Part shown: positions 11,300-23,494 of the stretch, piece after piece | How positions within the stretch are numbered: position 1 is the first letter of the stretch | Layout of the letters: every line of letters begins with the position of its first letter | Translations under genes and position numbers: made by a program | The notes under the pieces: model-generated | What the model saw: only the letters and a program-made list of their open reading frames with translations | Told to the model about the DNA's origin: nothing | Databases searched by the model: none | From: Folioceros fuciformis | Lineage: Eukaryota | Reading direction: 5' to 3' | Assembly: GCA_049999805.1 (NCBI GenBank) | Contig: JBNGIO010006382.1 | Coordinates: forward strand, 508,214 to 571,170 | Length of the DNA: 62,957 bases

Positions 11300-13320
11300 G
11301 TGGTTAGCTTTGTTGGAGCAGTGTAGTTCCTGTGTTTGTCTGTGGTACATGTGTGTGTGTGAGTGGTATATGATCCTCCTTGGTACCGTCGTTGCATTTG
11401 GGGGCCTCCTCTCAGTCTCCATCCTCCCAAGTGTGACTGCAAGTACCCCTCAAGTGAGGCTCCACCTTAGCACAGAAGGTAGGCGGGGCGTATTGGCTAA
11501 CGGCTGCGGTCTCTCTATTCTTGTGCCTCCAATAGCAGTCAAACGGTGACATCAAGTCAATATGCCTATGAATGAGCAAGTGCAATTCCTGCGTTAGGAA
11601 TGATCCCCTTTCTCAATCTGATGCTACTGGTCTTCCATCGCGTCCACAAGGGAGTGTTGTACTTGCTGTCTGAAGCTTTCAACTGGTCTAGATGCCGTGA
11701 AAGGAGTTCGAAACATCAAGGGAGAGTAATAACCGAGAACTACGCTATGCAGGCGCAGCCCCTGTTAAAAACTCTGTACCAAAGGTATGGAGGTTTGTGT
11801 GCTACAGAACACTGAGATTCTGCGAACGTTTCTTGTGACACGTATCACACCCAAGCATCTGTCTTGTTGTCTGAAAGTGTTCCCTCCTAATGAGTGAAGC
11901 CACCTTGGCTGCTCATGAGCCTTAGCTCGCGTAACGTGGTTGGACGGTGCAGTGCGTGAGCTGGATATTCCGGGTCCGCCACATCGATTACCAGAAGTAC
12001 GGGGATCCCGTCCCTTCCTCATGAACTTGTGTGTGTCTATGGGACGTAACCATCTCCTGGCCGGAATATCTAAACTCCCTTGTCAGAGCTTCTCACAGGC
12101 GCATGCCCGCGCTCTTACAGTTGGTGAAACCAGAATCACGAAATCAGAGCAAAGTTTTTGTGGTAAATACAGACGTTCCTATCTTTTCCCTTTTGGCACT
12201 CGGCGTGGGAGGTATGGCCGAGGACTCCGAATCCCTTCATTTCTCTTGTCTCGCTCCTGTTGTGGTAGGGCGATGCGTTTCTCTCGGTCTGTCCCTTGCA
12301 ATATATTATTGTATTTAAGGCGACACTATGTTAACAAAGACAAAAGATCATAGAATGATGTCGGTAGTTGGCGTGTAGGCAAACCCAGCGCCTACAGACT
12401 GGTTCACAACCTCCTGCTCATGCGTGTACTATGTACTGCAGCATTTGCATGGGAGCATACTACACGCGCACACATCGTCACATTCACAGCCCTGTAGGCA
12501 GCAGGACCTCTTATCCCTGAATCAGTGCTCCGACAATGCAAGAGAGGAACAAGCGTGTAGCACAGTCTTGTCATGGAAGAGAGCTAAGTACATTCATGGT
12601 CATGCACCAAGCTTATATGATGCAGGCGGAGACCCTGCCAGACACACGTTCGACCAAAGTCAGATATTGTATGCTGCAGAATCAATGACAATTTAGGTGC
12701 TGCGTCTCTCCACAAGCCAGAGACACCCGTAAGCTCTTAGCTTCATGGACCGATATTGCTCCGTCTCATACTCATTTCTGGCAGGGGTGATCATCAAAGG
12801 GCACTGATAGACGCTTTGACGTCACAAATAAGGAAACATGGTGTACATGTTTGGTACATGTGTAAATGTCACCACCTGATGGCCTATCGTCGTGTCCGAA
12901 GCCCGGGAGATTTGAGAGGAGGCGCGTCATGGAGATGTGCTGCTCTGAGGACCGCATTATGCTCCTGATGGGATAAGTGGCCGCCGAAGTGGGCGCGCAG
13001 GGAGGCTGCACTTCGTTGGTTGCGGTTTCAATCATCATTCGTTGATGAGCTTCATCTCCGAGAAGTGTGATGGTATACCGTCAGAGTCACTTGACTGCGA
13101 AAATTAAGAAGCTTTTGAAGAATATGACAGTATCCTAGTGTTCGGCTGAAACGCACTCATTTTGAAGTTGTTGTAGGCAGGGTTCAATCAAGTTACAGAC
13201 GCTATAGCGTGTACAAACGGATTAGCAAATACCATACAACGGAAGTACGTGATGATTCCAAAGCTGGGCACCAGTGTGCAGCCACCAGCGGAGACACGAG
13301 GGATCAGAGAGGCAACTTCA
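11300..13320 (+). repeat. Diverged local duplication block, copy A (degenerate gene remnants plus Mpv17 5' fragments)
   Basis: 11300-12200 matches the reverse complement of 22440-23200 (HKGVLYLL, RxRHxDxQKxGDPVP, GIxKLPxQSFSxAH). 12400-13320 matches 21000-21950 directly and 25070-25430 inverted. Confidence 0.8.
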
Positions 13321-13457
13321 GTGAGCGCTCAGATGATATGGCAGATGGACGATGCTCGATAAGTGAGTCAATTCACAAGGACATGTAGAAACGTATTTAT
13401 TAATCGTGTGGCTGATCCCCAGCCTTTCAGGTGAGTATGTAGTAGAGTATATAGCAC

Positions 13458-15633
13458 CTGGTGCATCTTGTACAACAGTGTACCCGGTCAGGGACCTCCA
13501 ACTACTCCACCCAGTATCACGTTCAGACCCCCAGGATCGAGGCCTCCACCACATGTGAGCCACATTCCCCTCAAATGTGGACTTGGATGGAAACGTCCTC
13601 CCTTGAGCAAAAGCGTGTGCACACATATGCATACACAACGTTCAGCACAAGAGCATGCGCAGCGAGATCGAAAGGCGGTGCAGCATGCAATCAGCCATTG
13701 TCGACAACAATAGCCATAGCAGCGCCAAAGATGCCGCCATCAGTAGCACAAACTGCACTCCCTCTTGCACTCCCTCTTCACTGCTATAAACCTATGGGGT
13801 TTGTGCAACATATCTACATTAGAGTCTAGAGATTATACCCAAGGTATATAGAATAGAACCACAATCGAGGTAACGTTTACCCTTTATTGAGTTATAGTCA
13901 TGTTTGAAGGCTATATATGTACGCATGAACTATCAATCTAGTTGTATTGAGATAAGGCTTATCTTGGGGCTTATCTTGAGATTCATCGTTTTTCTAACAT
14001 GCTATTAGAGCCCATGTTCTAAATCCCAACTCCCTTGGCTCAGCAGACGTGTAGAGTACTTAGCATTGCTTGTGTAAAACTATATGTGCTTCCTTTGCAT
14101 TGTGTACTAGGCTATGCAGACTATGTGTTTGTAAGAGCTCGTGCAAGTTAGAGGAGCTTGGTGATAGTTATCGGTGCAAGGACATGATCTTGTTTGGCTG
14201 CGAATTAGTCCACACTGACGTGAGCGGGCCCATGAGGAACCAAACCCAGGGTGGGAACCGCTATGATCTGTGGACGATTTTACACGGAAGACATGGACTT
14301 ACCTTTTAAAGGAGAAATCTCAGATGTTCTCAACCTTGCTACATAGGGAGAAGGAGAGACACTCCTAAGGCCATTGTGGTTAAAGACGTAGTTAGAGTCT
14401 TACCCCCAGCAGCAGGTATAGAATACGACATTAAGGGAGGAGAGAGAAAAACTCCGAATGTTACTGAAGAAGTAGAAGAAGACTATCGAGTTACAGAACC
14501 GCAATTTGCGTTATGTAGAAGCTCATAGAATCTCTTAATGAATGTGTTCATGAAGAGATGTGCGTTTTGCAGATTTTGGAAAACCCCGCAGCTTGACGGA
14601 GGCAATCGCAAGCCCTAAAGCAAAAGAATGGAGAGAAGTTGTGGACAGTGAGTATAACTCCCTCATTGCCAACAAAACGTGGATTATTACTCCTTTTCCT
14701 CTTAGAAGGAAGTGCATAGGATTGAAGTGGACTTNNNNNNNNNNTACTCCTTTTCCTCTTAGAAGGAAGTGCATAGGATTGAAGTGGACTTTTACTCCTT
14801 TTCCTCTTACAAGGAAGTGCATAGGATTGAAGTGGACTTTCAAGATCAAACAGAAGGCCGACGGCAGCATAGAGCGCTACATGCTAGGGCTAACCGAGTA
14901 ACTCTTAAATAGTCCGTAGATGTGTTGATTGGGAGTGTTAGAAACCTATGAGGTTTGTGCAACATATCTACATTAGAGTCTAGAAATTATACCCCAAGGT
15001 ATATATAATAGAACCACAATCGAAGTAATGTTTACCCTTTATCGAGTGAGTTATAGTCAAACTTGAAGGCTATATATGTATACATGGACTATCAATTTAA
15101 TTATATTGAGCTGAGGCTATTATAGTCAAACTTGAAGGCTATATATGTACGAATCGATTATCAATCTAATTGTATTGAGCTCAGGCTTATCATGGGGCTT
15201 ATCTTGGAATTCATCATTTTTCTAACATTCACCATCCGCAAATCGACACTAACTCCCTCCCTGAGAAACGTTAGACAATACGCACCCTCCTCAACGGTAT
15301 TGACCGTATCGAAGGTCCTGTCGGCAACTCCAGCTGCACAGACGTGGAGATCATTGGAAGAAAAGTCAAACTACACAATAGGGAGAATCCTTTTTCTCTT
15401 CAAGTGAGGCAGAGACGTGGGAGTAGGCACAGCAGCGGAAGACGTAGGAGAGTGACCGAGTTTACGGCCCGGTCCAGAAATCCCATCGGCCGTTGAGAAA
15501 TCACAGATCGCCATGGCAGGCTGTGCGAAGCAGGGGAAGAGCAGCAGGGGAAGAGCAGCAGGGCAGCACAGAGCATCACCATCAAGGTGCGGAAGACCCT
15601 AGGCCTAGGAGCGGTTTCTCCCGATCCAGCCAT
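13458..15633 (-). pseudogene. Pseudogenised paralog of the secreted Cys-rich peptide gene at 23495-24221
   Basis: Exon1 15633-15457 (MAGSG..RPR.FR.LM..L.AALLLF.C..GRKL), exon2 15333-15286, exon3 remnant from 13684 (VVYAYVCTR, GSERDTGWSSWRS). Lesions: 14-bp duplication frameshift, lost acceptor and an LTR insertion. Confidence 0.88.
13782..15227 (+). mobile_element. Internally deleted (non-autonomous) copia element with TTCAC target-site duplication
   Basis: LTRs 13782-13999 and 14936-15227; degenerate PBS tgctattagagc; integrase remnant ELVHTDVSGPM; RT remnant EYNSLIANKTW..CIGLKWTFKIK; ttcac at 13777-13781 and 15228-15232. Confidence 0.93.
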
Positions 15634-16519
15634 CGCCACAAGCGACTCTAAAAGCGTCGGGTGCACGTAGGCAGATTGCGATGACATCTGGGCAGCTGGG
15701 GGCCCGCCCTCAGATTGTAAAAGTGCTGGGCCACTTTAAAATCGCTATCGAAGAATCGTAGACGTTAAACTAGCCAGAACCGAGAATGCGGGGGCCCGCA
15801 TGACGCCCGACCCCGTAATGATAGGATTCTTTATTATTATTTTATACAATACTGTACGTGTAGCCGCCGGTTAGCTCGCAAACGGAATGGAATGGGCTAC
15901 GTATCATACGCGAACGACACATTCCACTGTCCGGTCCAGCTTTTCACGCAGACATTGTCTGCCGTTTCTCCCATTCAAACCACGACCGAGGCCCAGACTG
16001 GGCGGCCAGTTCTGGACTTCCCGATGCTTGGAACCGTGCATCGCGGCGCAGTTGCGTTCGGACGGCGCTGTGACAGGCCAAACTGCGGCCCAGTTCAAGT
16101 GCCGGGTCTAAAGTTTAAAATATATATTTTTAATTATAAACGCTAGATATAAATGTTTTTTTAATTTAGGAACTACATAGTTGGCCACAAGGCCATTCGG
16201 TGTTTCCTCTTTTCTATCCCTTCAACTTTATTTGAGTTTATCTCATTATATATATATATATATATATATTACTACGGTTGGTACGATCTCCTCATTATGA
16301 TGTACCTCTTGGATTTGGTAGTGACTTATTGTCTAAATTTTTTATTATTCTAGTTTTTATTATTCACATTGAATGAAGTTCTCTAGTAGATATCATCTAG
16401 TAAGAGTAAGCGGGGGAGGCAATAGCAGAAGCTTCCTCAATAAAATAGATTATGGAGAAATATACCAATGCAAGCATGACATAGTAATAGTGTTAAGGTG
16501 ATAGATTCTCAATGACAAT

Positions 16520-16827
16520 TTGCTTATGGAATGTTATTTTCCAACTTTCTGGTTTGCTCATACATACTTTGCACATCTATTAGACGGCCTCTTGAACAGC
16601 ACCAATGCAATTGCTATGGTCCTCCACAGACTTGCTNNNNNNNNNNTCTTGAACAGCACCAATGCAATTGCTATGGTCCTCCACAGACTTGCTGGGGGGT
16701 TGTCATCTTGAACAGCACCAATGCAATTGCTATGGTCCTCCACAGGCTTGCTAGGGGGTTGTCACCTTGTACTGTTCCAAAAATATATGGAGTAGGAGCT
16801 TTAGCTATGACTCAGCTTAAGATTTAG
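16520..16827 (+). pseudogene. PIF/Harbinger transposase N-terminal fragment
   Basis: AIAMVLHRLARGLSPCTVPKIYGVG parallels AMTMVLHHLARGLSSHIITNMYGVG at ~19800 on the opposite strand. Confidence 0.7.
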
Positions 16828-17459
16828 TGATATTGAGTGACAAAGAAAAGCATAAAACAAAGGAGGAACTCAAGGAGTGTTGGGACTCAATCCGCGACTT
16901 AAGGAGTACCAGGATTCAAGCCACTACTCAATGCCTTTCACAACCTAAGCATCTGAAGGAATAGCACTAGCACTATCATAGTTACTGACCATAAAGAAAG
17001 GAGACCATTGCTATAAACATCTTTTTCTCATCTTTCATCCCTATCAAGCTTATAGTGTAGTTTTTTCATATATGTCAAGGTTTTTCTACGTTCTGGTTCC
17101 AAGGGGTAGGCCAATGATCTATGATGAAACTCTTTAAGGAATTAAAGCGTGTGCTAAAACTAAAACATGCTCTAAGATTGAGATGTTGCTGTCATCTCGT
17201 AAGCATGTGTTTCTACGACTATAGACCATAGACCATCTTGCTTGGTGTGCCTAAGGCCTACATTATGTTTGTAGCTTGCCTTTAAGAAATTATTTCATAC
17301 TTGGTTAACAGTTAAAGTGATGGCTCTTTTCTCTCCACTACCAAATTAGGATTATGAGGTTATGATTTTAGAATTTGGAAGTCAATTCGAAGTAGTACAG
17401 AATAAATAGTCAAAATCTCTTAAGTCTTTTGGTTGGTGATTATATATATCTCTATACTA

Positions 17460-18485
17460 ATTAATGCATATCATGAGATGCATCTCGTGCATCTCAAAGC
17501 TCGAAATTTGGGGAACAAGTACTAGTTTAAAATAGCCAAAGAGGTGGCTAGTACTTGTCACATGGATGGTTTATATGGCAAGAAGTGCAAGCAGTAGCTA
17601 GAGAATCTAAAGAAAAGATGTTGCAAGGAGAAGGAGATTAGATAGATGGTTTATGTGGCAAGAAGTGCAAGCAGTGGCTAAAGAATCTAAAGAAAAGATG
17701 TTGCAAGGAGAAGGAGATCAGGTCAAGCAGAGGTCAGGTGAATTCTACTTGGCCTAATTTTCAAGCTATGGCTTCTTTTTATGAAGGCAACCCCAAGTTT
17801 GTAGGTATTCCTAACACTCAAGATCTAGGGAGTGGGGTTGACATCATTCTAGAGAGTCATTCTAGGAATTTCAGCACTCCGCTATTTGACTTGCATAATA
17901 CTAGCACTGTGGGCACTAAGGACAACTCTAAGATGCCACCCTCTTGTCCAAGCTCTATATTTCTTACATCAAACGTTGTTAGTTTACCAAGGCCACTATT
18001 AACGATCTCTCCTCTTAGATATGCGCTATACACCTTGTGTTTTTTCTGGAACCTCTCATGTATGATCCCTTTTGCATGCATGTAACATAGATTGATGTAA
18101 ACTTTGTTTTGGCAGTGAATCTCAAGAAGAAGATAGGGAGGAAACCCCTAATCGATATAGCAAGGAGTTCCTTGACTCTATGTAAGGAAGAAGGGTGAAG
18201 AGAAAATGGTCTTCTATAGGCCTTGGAAACCAACTGATCAACAGCCTTACGTCTTTTGCTCAAAGTTTAGCTACTATCGAATATGTGAAAATGTCAATTC
18301 AATTGCAGTTGCAGAAGCTACTATTAGAACTTGAGAGGAAGAACTAGTTGAAGATGCAGAAGCTCATGTTAGAACATGAGATTAGGAGAGAGCAAGTTCA
18401 GATGGAGAACCAAGTTCGCATGGTAGAAGCCTTAGCTGCAAGGAGGTCTCGTAAGAAAGCAAGGGCAAGACAAAGAGAGCCTTGA
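17460..18485 (+). pseudogene. PIF/Harbinger Myb/SANT-like DNA-binding ORF remnant
   Basis: KKCKQWLKNLKK...STWPNFQAMASFY trihelix-like pattern and C-terminal coiled coil; converges on the transposase; contains stops and an ~80-bp tandem duplication. Confidence 0.65.
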
Positions 18486-19034
18486 TGACAAGAACTTATG
18501 TTCCATTTTGAGGTTTAGGGTGTGAAAGCCTTCCAATTTCATGTTTGTGAAAGCCTTCCAATTTCACGTTACGAGTATATGCTTGTATGCTTCCATTTTG
18601 AAGTTTCCATGCATGTCTATTTCTCACAATTTCTACTTACAAGTTTATGAAGTTTGTATGCATGCTTGTGGGAGCCTTCCAATACCTACTTACGAGTATA
18701 TGCCAGCTCTATTTATGCATGTCTCCATTTTGAAGTTTGCATGTATATTTGTGAGAGCCTTGCAATTTCTACTTATAAGTACATATGAGAGTGGGTGAGA
18801 GGCTTTAGCTTACAGGTTCACAATGGACGTGAGCGTTTTGTGTCTTAGAAAATATCCACGTATATCAGGAATATTATAGTTAAATAAAATATATTTTATA
18901 TTTATAATAAAAAATAGCTTAATTCTATAGCAAATTTAAATTGTATATAAACTCAATTTCTCTCAATATTTGAGACTTTCTAGTGGTCAAACAATGTATT
19001 CCTCCGTTTCTTAGCTTCATTGTACAATAGTCTA

Positions 19035-20000
19035 TTACAATATTTTATTAGAGATACCTTGCAACAAATTGACATATCCCTCTTCAGGTAATGGATACAA
19101 ATCTGCAACATTAATGTCCCTAGGTTGTAGCTCTTTCACCATAATGCAAAAGTTGTGTAGAGCACAACATGCAATCACAACTTGAGAAGCATACTTCAAA
19201 CGCACATTCAAGTTCTTTAGAATTCTCCACTTGTTCTTCAAAAAGAGATATGCATTTTAATCTTCACTTGCCCTCGACGTATGTTCTTGTTGAACACGGC
19301 TTTGTCTTCCTATCTACTGGTTGAATGATAAGGTTTCAATAAAAATGGCATAAGTAGATACGCGGGACCACAATCCTTGCTTCAACTTGTAATCTTGGCT
19401 CAGTCAAAATGCTTTCATCCATCATCCTTTTCCATACACTACTCTCCTTTCAGTATTGTTGCATCATGTACTCCTCCAAGATGTGTGCAACATATATCTA
19501 GAAAGAATTTGTCTGCATCACAAATACCCGGCAACACAATAGATGGCAACACAATAGAATGCATATCATGTCGACACCAATATGCTACTGGGTTATCTTT
19601 TTTTATCGCGTTGTTGGGCTAGCTTGATATGAGATCCATCAATGTACCCCATCATGTTAGGTAACCCTATTGGCTGAAATAACCTGTTGCCTATGTTGGG
19701 AAAGCAATATGATGAAATGTGAGAATAATTTTTGTGGATTGCTCAACACTTCAGTAATGTATAAAGTGTATTGTATCACTGTAGTTGCACCAACTCCATA
19801 CATATTAGTAATAATATGTGACGACAAACCACGAGCAAGGTGGTGAAGCACCATTGTCATTGCATGATCTAGGTGTAAAGGTTTGCGTAATGAAGACAAA
19901 ACAATGTGAGGTTGTAGTAAACTAACCAATGTAATGAAATTGCGATAACACATTCTATAAGCAAATCGCTATTGAACATCGCAAACTCTCGCCCCATCCC
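19035..20000 (-). pseudogene. PIF/Harbinger DDE transposase remnant
   Basis: GYIDGSHI, GICDADKFFLDIC..GGVHDATIL, AYLLMPFLLKPY, KNKWRILK..VIACCALHNFC; frameshifts and stops. Confidence 0.9.
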
Positions 20001-20799
20001 TATGCCAAGCTATCATGTGCACATCCCTCCATAATGCTATTTGATGAGGATATTTCCACTAGGCTCTATGTTGGAGCTGAGTATTCTCCTCTTCAATTGC
20101 TATAGTCATTATAAATATAAAAATAACAATGATAACACAATCGAGATCACATCCCTCCATAATGATATTTAATGACAATATTTATATTAGGTTCTATGTT
20201 AGAGCTGAGTATTCTTCTCTTCAGTTGCTATATACATCATAGATATAAAAATAATAATGATAACACAATTGACAAAGAATTGCTATAGTCATTGCTATAG
20301 TCATTGCTATAGTCATCATAGATATAAAAAAAATAACAATGATAATTAGAAAGAATTGCTATAGTCATCATAGATATAAAAATAACAATGATAACACAAT
20401 TGAGAAAGAAAGATCATTCCAAAAATGAGAAGAAGATGAAATGATTCGTAAATGAGGAGAAGGAATGTATCTCATTATTGTAGAAAATAAATAAATAATC
20501 TATGATTATTTAAATAATTATGGATAAAAATNNNNNNNNNNNNNNNNNNNNNNNNNNNNNNNNNNNNNNNNNNNNNNNNNNNNNNNNNNNNNNNNNNNNN
20601 NNNNNNNNNNNNNNNNNNNNNNNNNNNNNNNATCTCGGCCATATTATTAAAAAATAATTAATATTAAATCTATATTACCAATACCGGGCTTTTCTCGGGT
20701 TTGGTGCTTGACCATTTAATGTAAGCTGCGCAGCTCAAACTGCGGGACTCTGCGCTGTGAAAGCCTAACAGCGATCGTCACTACGCTATCGCAGTTTTT

Positions 20800-21950
20800 C
20801 TTTGTTCAGCCTTTATAATGGTAACTATAAACGCTCTGTTCATTCGGTCGCTTACATTGTGAAAGGCGTTTTAAGTGTCCTGCAAGACTGTGCCTGGCCA
20901 AGTCTTGAATGCGGGTGAGAAGTCCGGGCGAGAGCTTTGGATTGGACGCAAAAGTTTGGGCTTGGACCGGGCCCAACTTTGCTCGGAGCCTGGCCTGTTG
21001 TCCATTGTGGGACATTTGTTTCTGAGGTTAGACGCGTGTCAGATGCACCATAATTGCAGAGCCTCCTACGCGTGGACATATCCTCACATCCACGGCGCTG
21101 TAGGCAGCAGGACCCATTCTCCCCACTAGGGTCCTAGTCTAGGGTTCAGACGATGCACTAGGAGAATAAGGATGTAGGATAGTCCTGTCGTAAGAGAACG
21201 TGAGCAAGAGAGCTAACTACACTCAGGTTCATGACCAAGCATGTCTCATCCAGGCGGAGCTCTTGCCAAATACTTTCCACGGTTTCCACCAAAGGTAGAT
21301 GTGCAACAGAATCAATGACAAAGGACTGACTCTCCACAAGAAAGGAAGAGGCACGTTACTTCTTGCTTGAAGGAGTCACTAAAGTTCTGGGTCTCACAAG
21401 CGCTTCTGGCAGAAGTGTGGCAGCTGTCACAGCGCACGTGGCGGTTTGTATGATGCAAACAAGGAGGCATAGTGTACATGTTTTATGCACATGTGTGTGC
21501 CACTACCCATTGCCCTATTATCATGTCCGAGACTTCGGAAACTGGATGGGACGAGTGTCATGCTGCCGATGGGCTAGAGCTGCCACTAGGTTTCGGCTGA
21601 CAGTACACTTGTAGAGGGATCCTGAAATGAACACGGAGGGAGGGCGCGGTTGGGGTAACAACCGTTATGTGAATGTTCATTGTATCCCTGAGATATGCGT
21701 TAGCACGCCATGATGATTACTTGACAGTACCAGGAGTCATGGAAAATCAAAGATCAAATTTGTGGAGCGCTGGTGTTTGGTTGGAACACACCCATCGTTG
21801 ATGTCATCACGTGCAGGATTCAATGGGACTCTGGCGTGTAGACACGGATTGACAGCCACTTTACAGCGGAGGTGAACAAGAATTCCAAGACACGGCAAGT
21901 TTGTGCAAGCATAGCACCAGGGACTCGAGCGGTAAGAGCTGCATCGTGAG
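20800..21950 (+). repeat. Duplication block carrying Mpv17 promoter and exon-1 fragments
   Basis: tcctcacatccacggcgctgtaggcagcagga (21081) vs tcctcacatccacagcgctatgggcagccgga (29417), 28/32 identical; also similar to 12400-13320. Confidence 0.8.
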
Positions 21951-22059
21951 GCAGTGCTCAGATGATGTAAGAGCTGGAAGAATCGGGGCAAGCGAATTGA
22001 ATGCTGCGAAAGACGACGACTTAAAAAATTGACGATGTTGCTGGTCCCAGCGTTTAAGG

Positions 22060-23230
22060 TGGCTACATGATATGAGTAGAGTGTTGTAGGTGGGTCTTGT
22101 GCAGCAGTGCCGGGTACAATCGCTCAGCACGCACATCTACACCACCCAGTCTTACAACAAGACACGTAGGCCGTAGGCCGTGGGCTGTGGGCTGTGGGCT
22201 GTGGGCTGTAGGATGTGGGCTGTAGGCTGTAGCTGTAGGCTGGAGTCTGTGGATTGCCTCCACGACACCGGCATCAATTCATGATCCAAAGATGGTCTTG
22301 CTGAATAGAGTGACGCCTGGTGTACGAAAAGATATTGCAAGGGGCACAGCAACGCATCTCCCTACAACGACAATAGCGAGAGAAATAAAGCGAGTACTCA
22401 GCCATGCCGCGCACGCGCATTGCCAAAAGGAAAAAGATAGGAACATAGTTATCACAACTTTTTGTGTGATTGGGTGATTCTGACTTCGCCAACTGTATGA
22501 GCGCAGAGATGTGCTTCTGAGAAGCTCTGGAAAGGGAGTTTACATATTCCGGAGGTGGTTACATTTACTAGTTCATTAGGAAGCGGCACGGGATCCCCGA
22601 ACTTCTGGAAATCAAAGTGGCGGGCCCGGTATTCTCTACCTACAGTAACCGGGATTCTGTTGCTCTGCGTTTGGTAGAAAATGTTCAACAGGAGCTTCGC
22701 CTGCACACTGTAGCTTGGTCCCCGGAAAACCTCGGTTTTCAAATGCCTGCATTTTATTACTACTTGATATACATATCCAGCTCCTTTCTATGTACTTCAA
22801 AGGAGGGCATGTAGACGAGTTGAAAACTCCAGCAAGCAGGTACAGTACTCCCTTGTGGATGCTACTGTATTGAACACCAGGGGCATCCGAGTCAGAAAGG
22901 AGATAAATTTCAAAGCAGGAATTGCACTTCCTCAGTCGTCCGCACAGTGATTTGATGTCTCCTTCTGAGTACAATCATAGCACATGCATAGAACGACGGC
23001 AGGTGTTTGTTCCTACGCCCCCCATACCGTTGTGCCAAGGGTACTTGCAGCGTCACTTGGGACGCTGGAAGTTGACAGTAGGCCCACAAATTCAACATCA
23101 GTACCAATCGTGGATCGTATACGACCATCGGTACCAAAGTGAATGCATTGTATACCATATACACAAATTTGCCATGGAGAACCACATAGACACAGGCGCT
23201 ACACTGTTACAATAAAGCTCACCACCGACA
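22060..23230 (-). repeat. Inverted duplication block with a degenerate, possibly kelch/beta-propeller-like gene remnant
   Basis: Reverse-complement match to 11300-12430; remnants GKFVYMV..VVYDP and SIHKGVLYLLAG; (GCTGTGG/GCTGTAG)n microsatellite at ~22170-22240. Confidence 0.65.
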
Positions 23231-23299
23231 TCAATGATTCTCCAGATTTTCGCGCATTTCCGGCTATGGCGAGTTTTAAATCTCTTCGGCAGCGTTCAT

Positions 23300-23338
23300 A
23301 AAGTGGCACAGCACTTTTACAATCTGAGGGCGGGCCCC
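23300..23338 (+). promoter_or_regulatory. Conserved upstream element of the Cys-rich peptide gene pair
   Basis: 38/39 nt identical to the reverse complement of 15699-15737, far above the identity of the flanking paralogous sequence. Confidence 0.7.
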
Positions 23339-23389
23339 ATGCTGTCCAGCCTGCGTGATCGCAATCGAGCTACGTGCCAGGGTATGACC

Positions 23390-23397
23390 TATATATA
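23390..23397 (+). promoter_or_regulatory. TATA box
   Basis: ccTATATATAgag ~100 bp upstream of ATG 23495. Confidence 0.7.
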
Positions 23398-23494
23398 GAG
23401 GCCAGGGTAACCTGACGATATATCACCTCGTCCCCGCAGCCGAGTTCGCGTCGTTCGAGCACTGCAATCGAAGCTGTCAGAGTCACTTCCGAAA

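Noticed and set aside
14685-14840. Triplicated TPFPLRRKCIGLKWT unit
   Set aside because: Straddles an N gap; probably at least partly an assembly overlap artefact
16588-16760. CRISPR-like repeated ~50-60-bp unit
   Set aside because: Tandem copies without unique spacers, around an N gap, inside a transposase fragment, in eukaryotic DNA with no cas genes
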